From positions 30,301 through 94,300 of the forward strand of contig CAYSII010000002.1 of the NCBI GenBank assembly GCA_964431125.1: a DNA stretch of 64,000 bases. The letters run 5' to 3'. The position numbers and the translations under genes were made by a program. The notes beneath the pieces are model-generated. The model did no database searches. It was not told the DNA's origin and worked only from the letters and a program-made list of their open reading frames with translations. How positions within the stretch are numbered: the first letter of the stretch is position 1; each line of letters begins with the position of its first letter. Source of the stretch: an uncultured Methanolinea sp. GTDB lineage: Archaea; Halobacteriota; Methanomicrobia; Methanomicrobiales; Methanospirillaceae. Shown here piece by piece: positions 1 to 9,962 of the stretch.

Positions 1-596
1 ACACGACGCACGGCAGGGCCCTTGCCTTTGCTACAGGCATCAAGCTTGCAAAACCGGAACACAACGTCGTTGTCTTTTCCGGGGACGGTGACCTTGCCGC
101 CATCGGGGGGAACCACTTCATCCATGCCTGCCGGAGGAACATCGACCTCACCGTTGTCTGCATGAACAACATGATCTACGGGATGACGGGAGGGCAGGGG
201 AGCCCGACAACACCGAGGATGGCTCTCTCCACAACGACGCCGTACGGATCCGCGGAACCTGCCTTCGACCTCTGTGAACTCGCGATCGCAGCCGGCGCAA
301 ATTACGTCGCGCGATGGACATCGTACCATGTCAGGGAACTGACAAGGGCGGTTCACGCGGGTCTCCGGACCCCCGGCCTCTCCTTCATCGAGGCACTGGT
401 CCAGTGCCCCACGAACTACGGCCGGCGCAACCGGTTCCGCCAGCCACTGGACCAGATCGAGTACTTCAAAAGCCATGGTATCCTGGTCGAGAAGGCAAGG
501 AGGCTGAGGGAGGAGGGCAAAGATTTGCCTGCCGATGCCATCGTCCTCGGCGAGATGATCCGCAGGAACAGGCCCGTGATGGGGGTGAGAAAGTGA
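1..596 (+). CDS. korB: 2-oxoglutarate/2-oxoacid:ferredoxin oxidoreductase beta (TPP-binding) subunit, 5' end outside window
   Basis: Frame 3 is open from base 3 (..HGRALAFATGIKLAKPEHNVVVFSGDGDLAAIGGNHFIHACRRNIDLTVVCMNNMIYGMTGGQ..). It carries the GDGD TPP motif and MTGGQ block. Its stop TGA 594-596 overlaps the next subunit's start. Confidence 0.9.
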   Translation, partial: TTHGRALAFATGIKLAKPEHNVVVFSGDGDLAAIGGNHFIHACRRNIDLTVVCMNNMIYGMTGGQGSPTTPRMALSTTTPYGSAEPAFDLCELAIAAGANYVARWTSYHVRELTRAVHAGLRTPGLSFIEALVQCPTNYGRRNRFRQPLDQIEYFKSHGILVEKARRLREEGKDLPADAIVLGEMIRRNRPVMGVRK

Positions 597-1132
597 GGCA
601 CGAGGTCCGGTTCTCGGGCTTCGGTGGCCAGGGGATCATCCTCTCGGCGGTCATTCTCGGCCGGGCAGCTGTCATGTACGACGGGAACTATGCTGTCCAG
701 ACACAGGTCTACGGACCTGAGGCCCGGGGGGGAGCGTCGATGAGCTCTGTCATCATCGATGATGCCCCGATCCTCTACCCCAAGGTGAAGGACCCTGACA
801 TCCTCGTGATCATGTCCCAGGAGGGCTTCGAGAAGTACGGGGTGCAGGTGAACGAGAACGCACTGATGATCCTCGATTCCTCCCTCGTGCGGTCCCGTCC
901 CCGGTGCCGGTACCTCGAGGTACCGGCAACGACCGAAGCGAAGAATACCCTCGGGAGGGAGATCGTCGCGAATATCATCATGCTCGGTGCCCTTGTCAGG
1001 GCAACCGGGATTGTCAGGGAAGAATCACTGGAGAAGGCAATCCTTGACAGCGTCCCGAAGGGGACAGAATCGCTCAACATGAAGGCCATGAAACGCGGAA
1101 TGGAACTTGTATCGGCGGGAGAGAGAGCATGA
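593..1132 (+). CDS. korC: 2-oxoacid:ferredoxin oxidoreductase gamma subunit
   Basis: GTG at 593 forms a GTGA overlap with the korB stop. VRHEVRFSGFGGQGIILSAVILGRAA.. is the GFGGQG gamma-domain signature. The track start at 314 is an upstream extension overlapping korB. Confidence 0.85.
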   Translation: MRHEVRFSGFGGQGIILSAVILGRAAVMYDGNYAVQTQVYGPEARGGASMSSVIIDDAPILYPKVKDPDILVIMSQEGFEKYGVQVNENALMILDSSLVRSRPRCRYLEVPATTEAKNTLGREIVANIIMLGALVRATGIVREESLEKAILDSVPKGTESLNMKAMKRGMELVSAGERA

Positions 1133-2214
1133 AACTGCTGGAACATGAAGCAAGAAAGATTTTTGCCGAGCATGGGATCCCTGTCCCGGAGGGGGAGGTC
1201 ATCCGGTCGCCCGGGGAACTCGCGAAGGTCATGGAGAGACTCGGCGACCGGTTTGTCCTGAAAGCGCAGGTCGAGGTCGGAGGTCGGGGAAAAAAGGGCG
1301 GGGTCGTCGTTGCGGACCGGTCTTCCGGGATCGAGCATGCGAGCACCCTTCTTGGCATGGAGATCGGCGGGATCCCTGTCAGGGAAGTCCTTGCGGTCGA
1401 GTACCTGGATATCCGGCACGAGTATTACCTCTCCATCTCGGTCGACCGGTCGAGGAAAGGTGCCATCATCCTCTTCTCGGATCAGGGAGGAGTGGATATC
1501 GAGTCACTGGCAAAGGACAGCCCCGGGGCTCTCCGGAGGGCATACCTCCCTGTCCTCATGGAACGCGTGCCCCCGTTCATGATCCGTGACCTCCTCGCCG
1601 GGGCACCGGGGGAGATAGGTGACGTCATCAACCGGCTCTACACAGTCTTCCGAAGGAAAGATGCCCTCCTCGCCGAGATCAACCCTCTCGTGATGACACC
1701 GCGGGGGATCTTTGCAGCAGACGCAAAGCTCGTCATCGACGACAATGCCCTCTCCCGGCAGGGGATTGTCCAGAACCGCGACCTGACCGAGCGGGAGAGA
1801 GAGGCAGCACGACACGGTTTCTCGTACGTCGAGCTGAAAGGGGAAATCGGTGTCATCGGAAACGGGGCAGGCCTGACCATGGCCACCCTCGATCTCATCC
1901 AGTACTACGATGGAAGGGCCGCCAACTTCCTCGATGTCGGCGGGGGCGCCGACCAGGAGAGGGTCATGCATGCAGTCCGGCTGGTCTCGCAGGATCCGTC
2001 CGTGAAGGTTATCGTGGTCAACCTCCTCGGTGGTATCACCCGCTGCGACGAGGTGGCGAGAGGAATCATTGCCGCTGGCGTACGCCAGCCCGTCATCGTC
2101 CGTCTTGCAGGGACAAACGAGAAAGAAGGGCGCGAGATTCTGAGTTCTGCCGGTTACCGGATGCTCGATACCATGGAACAGGCGGTCAGGGCTGCCGTGG
2201 AGGCGACACGATGA
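1129..2214 (+). CDS. sucC: succinyl-CoA synthetase (ADP-forming) beta subunit
   Basis: MKLLEHEARKIFAEHGIPVP ATP-grasp N-terminus, plus GNGAGLTMATLD and NLLGGITRCDEVA blocks. ATGA overlap with the korC stop. Confidence 0.93.
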   Translation: MKLLEHEARKIFAEHGIPVPEGEVIRSPGELAKVMERLGDRFVLKAQVEVGGRGKKGGVVVADRSSGIEHASTLLGMEIGGIPVREVLAVEYLDIRHEYYLSISVDRSRKGAIILFSDQGGVDIESLAKDSPGALRRAYLPVLMERVPPFMIRDLLAGAPGEIGDVINRLYTVFRRKDALLAEINPLVMTPRGIFAADAKLVIDDNALSRQGIVQNRDLTEREREAARHGFSYVELKGEIGVIGNGAGLTMATLDLIQYYDGRAANFLDVGGGADQERVMHAVRLVSQDPSVKVIVVNLLGGITRCDEVARGIIAAGVRQPVIVRLAGTNEKEGREILSSAGYRMLDTMEQAVRAAVEATR

Positions 2215-3077
2215 TATACGCCGATAAAAAAAGCGGGGTGATCGTGACCGGGGCAACAGGCAAGCAGGGGCTGTTCCATATCACCCTCATGAACCAGTAT
2301 GCACGCGAGGTCGGCGGGAAGGGTGTCGTTGCGGGGGTGACCCCGGGAAAGGGAGGCCAGGAGGTAGCCGGCGTCCCGGTGTACAACAGTATCCGGGATG
2401 CTCTCCGCGAGCATGATGCAACGGCCAGTGTCATCTTTGTCCCTGCTGCAGCAGCAGCCGATTCCATCATGGAATCGGCGAGTGCAGGTCTCTCCCTTGC
2501 GGTCGCGATCACCGAGCACATCCCGGTCCACGACACGATGAAGGCGATCGCTTTTGCAAGGCTCCATGACTGTGCCGTGATCGGGCCGAACTGCCCGGGG
2601 CTCATCTCTCCCGGAGAGATAAAACTCGGGATCATGCCTGCCCACCTCTGCACGCGCGGACACGTGGGGGTCATCTCGAGGAGCGGCACGCTCACCTACG
2701 AGATCGTAGACCAGCTGACGCGGGCGGGCCTCGGGCAGAGCACCATCGTCGGCATCGGCGGAGACCCTGTCATCGGGCAGACGTTCTCCGATGTGCTCCG
2801 CAGGTTCGAGGAGGACGACCAGACAAAGGCGGTGGTGATCATCGGCGAGGTCGGGGGTTCGCTCGAAGAGGAGGGGGCAAAATCAACGGACCTCCCGGTC
2901 GCGGCATATATCGCGGGGATCTCGGCCCCGCCGGAGAAACGGATGGGTCACGCGGGGGCGATCATCGAGGGAGGCGAGGGCGATGCCCGGTCGAAGATCG
3001 AGCGGCTGAAGAAGATGGGAGTCCCGGTTGCGCAGCGTCCCTCGGAGATCCCCCGGTTGATCCATGACCTGCTCTGA
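2211..3077 (+). CDS. sucD: succinyl-CoA synthetase alpha subunit
   Basis: GVTPGKGG CoA-binding block, SRSGTLTYE, and the phosphohistidine loop MGHAGAII. ATGA overlap with sucC. Confidence 0.93.
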   Translation: MIYADKKSGVIVTGATGKQGLFHITLMNQYAREVGGKGVVAGVTPGKGGQEVAGVPVYNSIRDALREHDATASVIFVPAAAAADSIMESASAGLSLAVAITEHIPVHDTMKAIAFARLHDCAVIGPNCPGLISPGEIKLGIMPAHLCTRGHVGVISRSGTLTYEIVDQLTRAGLGQSTIVGIGGDPVIGQTFSDVLRRFEEDDQTKAVVIIGEVGGSLEEEGAKSTDLPVAAYIAGISAPPEKRMGHAGAIIEGGEGDARSKIERLKKMGVPVAQRPSEIPRLIHDLL

Positions 3078-3176
3078 TCCCGGTCACAGCAGACACGATT
3101 CCCCCCCTTCATTTAAAAAAACCATTTAACCTCCCGGTTACTACCTGATGTGAGTACTGACCACAGAGGAGGAACG

Positions 3177-4013
3177 ATGACCGATCATTATACCGGAGAA
3201 AGCGATCCGTTCGAGGAAGAGGAGGAACTCACCGGCCCTGCACGATACTGCAGGCCGGGAGAGGAACTTCTCATCTATACACCTGATATCCAGATCAAGA
3301 AATTCCGCTTCGATGCATACCTTACGGATTCCAGGCTCTTCCTGACAGACCCCGCGGAGAAGGGCGGGAAAGTGACAGCAAAAGAGATCCCGCGGGACTC
3401 GATTGTCGACTGCTACATCGAACATTCCCCTGCCCAGGAACCCATCCTCGTCCTCTCGATACAGACATCCGAGGATGATGTCCGGACCATGAAGCTGACC
3501 TTCGTGCATACCGGAAAGGACCGGGTCACTGAAGCCGAGGAATGGATGCACCTGATCAAGCACAGCGGGACTGAATCAGGAAGCGGAGTGAGTCCCGGGG
3601 TTGATACACGAAAGGCAGGTGTTCCCCCGATCTCTCCCGAGGCAAGGGCGCTCTCCGAGACCATCGTCTTTCCATCCCCGCCTCCGCCCCCGCCCCCGCC
3701 TTCCCGGGACATCCCGGCCATGCCGAGGCATGCACCCCCGAGGGAGCGGCAGAAGACAATACCATCCCCTGCCCCGGAAAAATCGACGGTCCGAACGACA
3801 CAGATCCAGTTCTGCTTCCACTGCGGGCACAGAATTCCTCCGGCTGCTAACTTCTGCCCGTACTGCGGGACGCGGATGATCCCTCCCCAGGGACAGGGCG
3901 CGTCCTCCCACCCGCCTCCCGGGCCCGTCCCGGCAGATACCGCGGAATCTGGGAAGGAGACGAGGAGAGGAAGGATTTTGAACTTTTTCCGGCGGAAAAA
4001 GAAGAAATCCTGA
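3177..4013 (+). CDS. hypothetical protein: PH/GRAM-like N-domain, poly-proline linker, C-terminal zinc ribbon and basic tail
   Basis: ATG 3177 is preceded by GGAGG (3167-3171); the track start 3150 is a GTG extension. The protein has a PPPPPPPP run, CFHCGHRIPPAANFCPYCG (CxxC..CxxC) and an RRKKKKS tail. No family recognised beyond the zinc ribbon. Confidence 0.7.
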   Translation: MTDHYTGESDPFEEEEELTGPARYCRPGEELLIYTPDIQIKKFRFDAYLTDSRLFLTDPAEKGGKVTAKEIPRDSIVDCYIEHSPAQEPILVLSIQTSEDDVRTMKLTFVHTGKDRVTEAEEWMHLIKHSGTESGSGVSPGVDTRKAGVPPISPEARALSETIVFPSPPPPPPPPSRDIPAMPRHAPPRERQKTIPSPAPEKSTVRTTQIQFCFHCGHRIPPAANFCPYCGTRMIPPQGQGASSHPPPGPVPADTAESGKETRRGRILNFFRRKKKKS

Positions 4014-4030
4014 TTGTTTCCAGACCCAAA

Positions 4031-4037
4031 TTTTTTT
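4031..4037 (+). terminator. oligo-T tract (T7) after the zinc-ribbon protein gene
   Basis: CCCAAATTTTTTTCTG 18 nt downstream of the stop at 4013. Confidence 0.35.
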
Positions 4038-4167
4038 CTGCCAGTCCGTTCCGGCTCATTCTCCAGCCATGGCCGGGACAGTGCAACCGGTTTTAACAGG
4101 AAGGAATGATTATGAGTCTTCCCGTCGTTTTTATACTGGTTACGCATCCGGTTACCAGGGGATACCA

Positions 4168-5370
4168 TTGAAGAGAAATATCAGGGTCGAGGAACTGCAC
4201 CAGATACCACTGGAACGCCAGGAGATCGAGCTTGTTGAGAGAAAATGCCTTGGTCATCCTGACAGCCTCGCAGACGGTATTGCCGAGTCCATCAGCAGGG
4301 CGCTCTCCCTTGCCTACCTTGAAGAATGCGGAGCAATTCTGCACCACAACACCGACCAGGGAGAGATCGTGGCCGGGGAATCATTGCCGAAATACGGCGG
4401 GGGGAAGGTCATCCGCCCGATCTATATCCTGATCGATGGTCGTGCCACGAAGCAGTTCAACGGTATCAGCATCCCGACAGATGCAATCGCCATCGAGGCT
4501 GCCCGGAACTACCTCCGGAGAACACTTACGAACCTCAACCTCGAGCGGGATGTCATCGTGGACTGCCGGCTCGGGACCGGCTCGACAGACCTTCGCGAGG
4601 TCTTCAAGCCCTGCCAGAACACCCCCCCGCGGGCCAATGACACGTCATTTGGAGTGGGCCACGCACCGTTCTCCGAGACCGAGACAATCGTCCTTGCCCT
4701 CAGCGATTACATCGACCAGACTCTCCGTGCAAAGTATCCGGTCATCGGACAGGATATCAAGATCATGGGGCTGCGGGAAGGCAACACGATAACCCTCACC
4801 CTCGCATGCGCGATGGTCGACAGGTACTGTGCCGGCCTCGCCGAGTACATCGAGTTCAAGGACAAAATCGAGGAGGAGGCCCTTGCCGTTGCACGGAAAT
4901 ACACGCCGCGGAAGGTCCGCGTCGCGGTCAACACCGCCGACGACATCGACAGCGGGAGCGTGTACCTCACTGTCACGGGAACCTCTGCAGAGATGGGTGA
5001 CGACGGATCCGTCGGTCGCGGAAACCGCTGCAACGGTCTGATCACTCCCAACCGCCCGATGAGCATGGAGGCAACGAGCGGAAAGAATCCCATCAACCAT
5101 ATCGGCAAGATCTACAATATCCTCGCCACCCAGCTCGCGCAGGAGTGCGTCCGCTCAGTCGATGGGATCGAGGAGATTTACCTGCGGCTCCTCTCTCAGA
5201 TCGGCAAACCGATCGACCAGCCCCTCGTTGCAAGCGTCCAGATCCTTCCCAAACCCGACACCGAGCTGAAGACGATCCGGCCTGACATCGAGGCGATCAT
5301 TGACAGGGGACTCGCCGATGTCACCTGTATCACGGAGAAGATCATCCGTGGTGAGATCAGGACCTTCTGA
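4168..5370 (+). CDS. mat: archaeal-type S-adenosylmethionine synthetase (methionine adenosyltransferase)
   Basis: ..RNIRVEELHQIPLERQEIELVERKCLGHPDSLADGIAESISRAL.. matches the archaeal MAT N-terminal block. Archaeal MATs start about 25 residues before ERKGxGHPDS, so I favour the in-frame TTG at 4168 (giving MKRNIRVEEL). The ATG at 4069 is the alternative and would add 33 atypical residues. Confidence 0.9.
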   Translation: MKRNIRVEELHQIPLERQEIELVERKCLGHPDSLADGIAESISRALSLAYLEECGAILHHNTDQGEIVAGESLPKYGGGKVIRPIYILIDGRATKQFNGISIPTDAIAIEAARNYLRRTLTNLNLERDVIVDCRLGTGSTDLREVFKPCQNTPPRANDTSFGVGHAPFSETETIVLALSDYIDQTLRAKYPVIGQDIKIMGLREGNTITLTLACAMVDRYCAGLAEYIEFKDKIEEEALAVARKYTPRKVRVAVNTADDIDSGSVYLTVTGTSAEMGDDGSVGRGNRCNGLITPNRPMSMEATSGKNPINHIGKIYNILATQLAQECVRSVDGIEEIYLRLLSQIGKPIDQPLVASVQILPKPDTELKTIRPDIEAIIDRGLADVTCITEKIIRGEIRTF

Positions 5371-5395
5371 CCGGGACAGGGAATCCCCTTCAACC

Positions 5396-6265
5396 ATGGA
5401 TGAATCTCTCGTGCGCCTGGCCATCCCCAGCAAGGGACGCATAGCAGCACCGGTCCTCGAGCTCCTGGAAAAGAGCGGGTTGAACCTCGAGGAGGGTCCG
5501 GAACGCCGGCTGATGGCTCGGACGTCTGACCCTCACGTCGAGGTCCTCTTCGCCCGGCCCGTGGACATACCCGAGTATGTCAGCCTCGGCGCTGCCGACC
5601 TTGGAATCACGGGCATGGACATGGTTCTCGAGAGGCGTGCCAACGTGGAAAAGCTCCTCGATCTCGGGTTCGGCAGGGCAACACTCGTCCTTGCCGTGCG
5701 CGAGGACGCTCCGTTTCAAACCCCGCGGGATCTCGAGGGCGCCCGCGTGGCAACTGAGTTCCCTGTCATTGCCGGGGAATACTTCAAAAAAATGGACGTC
5801 CCCGTGACCCTTGTCCCCGTGGGGGGTGCATGCGAGGCAACACCCTACCTCGGGATAGCCGACGCGATCGTGGATCTCTCGAGCTCCGGCAATACCCTGC
5901 GATCGAACCGGCTGCGTGTCATCGACCGCGTGCTGGAGACAGGAACGGTTCTCATTGCACATTACGGCTCCCTTGCAGCAAAGCGAGCCAAGATCGAGGA
6001 GGTTCAGGTCGCTCTCGAGAGCGTGATCCGTGCCCGCGGGCAGTGTTACATGATGATGAACGCTCCACGATCCCGTGTTGCAGAGATCTCGTCGATACTC
6101 CCGGGACTCTCAGGCCCGACCGTGATGGAGGTCGCATCGAGGCAGGACATGGTCGCCATCCATGCTGTCGTCGCCGAGGAGAGGGTATACCAGCTGATCC
6201 ATCTCCTCAAGAGGGCAGGTGCACGCGATATCCTCGTCATGTCAATCGAGAGGATGATCCCCTGA
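5396..6265 (+). CDS. hisG: ATP phosphoribosyltransferase
   Basis: [29 protein letters not shown].., GITGMDMV and [10 protein letters not shown] blocks. The track start at 5300 overlaps the mat 3' end and is rejected. Confidence 0.9.
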   Translation: MDESLVRLAIPSKGRIAAPVLELLEKSGLNLEEGPERRLMARTSDPHVEVLFARPVDIPEYVSLGAADLGITGMDMVLERRANVEKLLDLGFGRATLVLAVREDAPFQTPRDLEGARVATEFPVIAGEYFKKMDVPVTLVPVGGACEATPYLGIADAIVDLSSSGNTLRSNRLRVIDRVLETGTVLIAHYGSLAAKRAKIEEVQVALESVIRARGQCYMMMNAPRSRVAEISSILPGLSGPTVMEVASRQDMVAIHAVVAEERVYQLIHLLKRAGARDILVMSIERMIP

Positions 6266-6266
6266 T

Positions 6267-6977
6267 ATGCGCGTTTTTCCAGCAGTCGATATCCTCGGCG
6301 GAAAATGCGTCCAGCTCGTTCAGGGGAGGCGGGAGTCTGCAAAGACCTTCGGCGACCCTCTTTCCTGTGCAAGGCGGTGGCTCTCGCTCGGTGCTGACTG
6401 CCTCCATGTCGTCAACCTCGACGGTGCTTTCGGACAGTCAGGAGAGAACGCCGGGTATATCCGGAAGATCCTCCGGGAGACGGGAGTCGAGATCCAGCTC
6501 GGGGGTGGGATACGCTCGTTCGATGATGCGGCCGCATGGCTCGATACCGGTGTCTTCCGCGTCATCCTCGGGACCCTTGCCACGAAGGAGCCGGAGGTTC
6601 TCGGCAGGCTTGCAGGAGAATTCGGGCGGGAACGGGTGATGGCAGGCCTCGATGCACGGAAGGGGAACGTGACCGTCGAGGGCTGGCAGAGGAGTGCCGG
6701 GGATTACCTCGCCTGGGCCCGCAGGTTCGAGGAGTGTGGAGCCGGATCGCTCCTCTTCACGAACGTCGACGTGGAAGGTCTCGAGAAGGGCATCGATCCC
6801 GGGCCGGTCGAGAGACTCCTGAAGGAGACATGCCTCCCGGTCACCGTTGCAGGGGGTATCACCACGGTCCGGGATGTCCGGCTCTTAAAAGAGCTCGGGG
6901 CGCACGCAGTCGTCCTTGGGTCAGCCCTTTATAGCGGGAGACTGGACTTAGTAGAAGCGATGGAGGCAGCCCGATGA
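6267..6977 (+). CDS. hisA: ProFAR isomerase (1-(5-phosphoribosyl)-5-[(5-phosphoribosylamino)methylideneamino]imidazole-4-carboxamide isomerase)
   Basis: [20 protein letters not shown].., [15 protein letters not shown] and VAGGITT blocks. Starts 1 nt after the hisG stop. Confidence 0.92.
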   Translation: MRVFPAVDILGGKCVQLVQGRRESAKTFGDPLSCARRWLSLGADCLHVVNLDGAFGQSGENAGYIRKILRETGVEIQLGGGIRSFDDAAAWLDTGVFRVILGTLATKEPEVLGRLAGEFGRERVMAGLDARKGNVTVEGWQRSAGDYLAWARRFEECGAGSLLFTNVDVEGLEKGIDPGPVERLLKETCLPVTVAGGITTVRDVRLLKELGAHAVVLGSALYSGRLDLVEAMEAAR

Positions 6978-7555
6978 GGAGAGCTGAGATTGCACGGGAG
7001 ACGAGGGAGACACGCATTGAGATCGTCCTCGATCTGGATAGTTCGGAGACTGGCGAAATAGAGACCGGAATACCGTTCCTGAACCACATGCTGGACTCGA
7101 TGTCCCGCCATGGCCACTTCTTTTTTTCCTGCAGGGCCGAGGGGGATCTCGATATTGACTCGCACCACACGGTCGAGGACATAGGGATCGTGTTCGGTCA
7201 GGCACTGCGGCAGGCAATAGGGGATGGGAAGGGTATCGTCAGGTTTGCCCATGCACTCATCCCCATGGACGAGGCGCTTGCCTGTGCTGCACTCGACTGC
7301 GGCGGGAGGGGGTACCTTGTCTTCCGGGGTGAATTCGCCCACCCCAGGATCGGAGGTCTTGAGCGGGAGCTAATCGAACACTTCTTCTACAGCGTCTGCA
7401 TACGCGGCGGTGTCACCGCCAACCTCTCGATGGAGGGGAAAAACGACCACCACAAGTGCGAGGCCCTCTTCAAGGCATTCGGTATCGCGCTTGGCCAGGC
7501 AACCCGCCCCGGGCCCCGGCCCACAGACGTCCCGAGCACGAAGGGGACCCTCTGA
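6974..7555 (+). CDS. hisB: imidazoleglycerol-phosphate dehydratase
   Basis: [33 protein letters not shown] and [14 protein letters not shown] motifs. ATGA overlap with hisA. Confidence 0.93.
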   Translation: MRRAEIARETRETRIEIVLDLDSSETGEIETGIPFLNHMLDSMSRHGHFFFSCRAEGDLDIDSHHTVEDIGIVFGQALRQAIGDGKGIVRFAHALIPMDEALACAALDCGGRGYLVFRGEFAHPRIGGLERELIEHFFYSVCIRGGVTANLSMEGKNDHHKCEALFKAFGIALGQATRPGPRPTDVPSTKGTL

Positions 7556-7741
7556 CGGGCAGGGAGAGCACCCCCACGGGATCCAGGGGTAATATAAGAG
7601 AGAGGGCATTCCTTCTGCCCGCCGGCGGCCATCCGTTTCCTGCCGGAGCCTTCCCGTGTCCGGCAGATTTCCGGGACCTGGTTCCCCGGAGAAAATAAGA
7701 GAGGCCAGGGGAAATACCCTTCAATCCTCTTTCTCCTCCGC

Positions 7742-9847
7742 CTATTCCGGGTAATATACCTCTCCTCCTGAAGGGAGGGGAATGGTTGCAAGTGTCTTCT
7801 GGAGGTCATCGAGCGGGTTTGCCTTCACCATCTTCGGGGACATGGTATAGAGGACATCGTCGATATACAGGGACCTTTTCACCTCGGAGGAGGAGTCCTG
7901 GTAAGGCACATATGCATTCTCTCCGCTCCCGTGCCGGACAGTGCCGCGGAGCGTAAACCCGGTCCCGGGAGAGAGGCCGAACACGTATGCTCCATACCAG
8001 ACTTTCGGACGATAGGAATAGGGCTCTCCTTTTAGAGGAGGGGCAGATGTGACCGCGCGGATGGGGATCACGAGGAGATTTTTGGCCCGGTCAAAGAGGA
8101 AAGCGTGGTGGTCGGAGAGGGCAGCCGAATCGGATCCCGCATCCCCGATCTGCACGCTGTCAACGAGTGCGGGTTTCGAGACGTCCGAGACATCAAAGAG
8201 CGCGAGCTTGACCCCGCTCACGGAGACTCCGCCCCAGTAACCGGTTTCTGTCTCCCTGCCGATCCCGATGATGTGCCGGGCATCGTACGGGTGAAGGTAA
8301 TCGGAGTATCCCGGGATCTTCAGCATACCAAGAACCTTTGGTTTTTGGGGGACAGAGAGGTCGATGACGAAGAATGGATCGATCTGCCGGAATGTCACCA
8401 TGTACAACCTGTCACCGATGAAGCGGGTTGCATAGATCGTTTCCTGTTCGGCGATGTGTGTCAGTTCCCCGATCGTTGCCATGTTTTCGTCGAGGACGTA
8501 GACATTGCTGTACGTGTACTGCCCGAACCGGGGAGTTGAGATGCTCGATGTCGTTGCGACTCTGAGATTGCCCCCGTATTCGTCCATCGAGAACTGGTTG
8601 TGGAGGGTGCCGGGGACCTCTCCTTCTGCACGGTAGGTGATGACACCGTTCCTGATGCCAATCTTATGGATAACGGTCACTGTCTGCCCAGCTTCCTTCC
8701 GGCGGACTGCATCCTGTTCGGCATTCCGGATAGCATCGATGATGGCCTGCCGTTCCTCCCCCGGAAGGGTGTTGAAATCAGGCGGGATACTGCCCGGAAA
8801 AGCCTCGGAGCGGGAGATGCCGGTGGAAAACGGGACAGGTCCCTCCGGCTGACTGCGGTATATCACGGGATAATACCGGGGGTAGCTGACGTATATCGCA
8901 TCTTTGGAGACGTAGATCGTGTCCCCGCTGCCCAGAAGGTAGGTCTGGGCGTCTCTCTCCTTTCCATCTGCTGCATCGAGGGCTGTGATCGTCGTGAAAG
9001 TGAACGGATACCCCGGCCGATCGAAGTACCAGACATCTGGTTCGAGGACCGTCCGTCCCCCTTCCCGGAGAACCGGGACGGTTACCGGGTCATCATGGAA
9101 TGTGTCTACCTGCTCCCGGGTGACCAGGTAGACGATCCGGCCGACCATCCGGGCATCGACATAATCGCCATCGATTGTGTAATCTTTCAGAATTTTCGGG
9201 GACTCCCTGTCAGAGATATCGTAGATGGTGGCATGGGTAACGGGGGTCGAAAACCGGTAATACGGAGGAACCGCGTCCATCCAGGGATCCGAAGATACCG
9301 GTCGGCGGCTGGATGGGCCGTTTCCCGTGCTGAAGAGGACGAGGCGGTCTCCATCGACAAACATATTCCGGGGTGCATCGTCGATCCGGATTCTGGAGAT
9401 GACCGAGGCATCCCCTGCGGGATAGGCATCGATGATCACGAGGTTCTGGCCGGAGATGACGTAGATGTACCGGTTGTCGTTCTTGATGATATCAGGCTCA
9501 TCGACCCCGGCAACCTGGATGTTGGTCTGCGAGTACCCCAAGCTACCACCACCGGTTGCAGCGGGTGCAGGGATTGCCAGGGACTGTTCTTTGGCGTTTG
9601 CACCGGTTCCCATCGCCACGGTTGGAACCATTGTGCGATAATAGCCGTCCTGCTGTATGGTGGCCGCCGATTCCCTGATGTACTGTTCGATCTCGGCTGT
9701 CGAGTGGAACTTTCTGGGTCCCTGCGAACCGGGAGGTGCTTTTGACGGGATGCTCATGCAACCGGCTGCAAGTATGGCGACGAGAATGATGGAGCAACCG
9801 ATGGCGAGGAGATGAGGCCTGCGGAACATATCTGCAGGTAGGGGCAA
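7742..9847 (-). CDS. secreted/membrane-anchored beta-propeller domain protein (COG4880 / Beta_propel-like)
   Basis: N-terminal hydrophobic segment with LAAGC. YSQTNIQVAGVDEPDIIKNDNRYIYV and later YLHPYD / IGIG blocks are typical of the archaeal/Firmicute C-terminal beta-propeller family. Confidence 0.75.
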   Translation of the reverse strand: MPLPADMFRRPHLLAIGCSIILVAILAAGCMSIPSKAPPGSQGPRKFHSTAEIEQYIRESAATIQQDGYYRTMVPTVAMGTGANAKEQSLAIPAPAATGGGSLGYSQTNIQVAGVDEPDIIKNDNRYIYVISGQNLVIIDAYPAGDASVISRIRIDDAPRNMFVDGDRLVLFSTGNGPSSRRPVSSDPWMDAVPPYYRFSTPVTHATIYDISDRESPKILKDYTIDGDYVDARMVGRIVYLVTREQVDTFHDDPVTVPVLREGGRTVLEPDVWYFDRPGYPFTFTTITALDAADGKERDAQTYLLGSGDTIYVSKDAIYVSYPRYYPVIYRSQPEGPVPFSTGISRSEAFPGSIPPDFNTLPGEERQAIIDAIRNAEQDAVRRKEAGQTVTVIHKIGIRNGVITYRAEGEVPGTLHNQFSMDEYGGNLRVATTSSISTPRFGQYTYSNVYVLDENMATIGELTHIAEQETIYATRFIGDRLYMVTFRQIDPFFVIDLSVPQKPKVLGMLKIPGYSDYLHPYDARHIIGIGRETETGYWGGVSVSGVKLALFDVSDVSKPALVDSVQIGDAGSDSAALSDHHAFLFDRAKNLLVIPIRAVTSAPPLKGEPYSYRPKVWYGAYVFGLSPGTGFTLRGTVRHGSGENAYVPYQDSSSEVKRSLYIDDVLYTMSPKMVKANPLDDLQKTLATIPLPSGGEVYYPE

Positions 9848-9962
9848 GAAGCAGATTAAGGTGGCGAAAACTGCGAAAAAAACCGCAATTAACCGGCGGG
9901 TGTCACCTCGTTCTCCTGCAAGGAAGGACGTTTCCGGGTGGAGGAGACCCGGCCGGTTTCTT

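Noticed and set aside
314-1132. 272-aa ORF starting at ATG 314
   Set aside because: Its first 93 codons overlap korB in another frame and are Pro/Arg/Gly-rich. The family-typical gamma-subunit N-terminus begins at GTG 593, which overlaps the korB stop.
3655-3705. Short-period CCGCC/CCCCG repetition that looks like a simple repeat
   Set aside because: It is the coding sequence of the PPPPPPPP linker inside ORF 3177-4013. It is not a CRISPR array or a satellite, and no spacer-repeat periodicity of 25-40 nt was seen anywhere in the window.
5300-5395. Upstream extensions of listed ORFs (hisG 5300, ABC ATPase 32307, kinase 26641, thiI 53488, 51762-52577, SBP-Cache 25418, gatC 20304, UDG 46680, AsnB-like 21546, K+ channel 39774)
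   Set aside because: The extensions overlap the preceding gene or promoter-like AT tracts and are compositionally atypical. Internal ATGs reproduce family-typical N-termini and/or have SD-like GGAGG motifs or ATGA overlaps.
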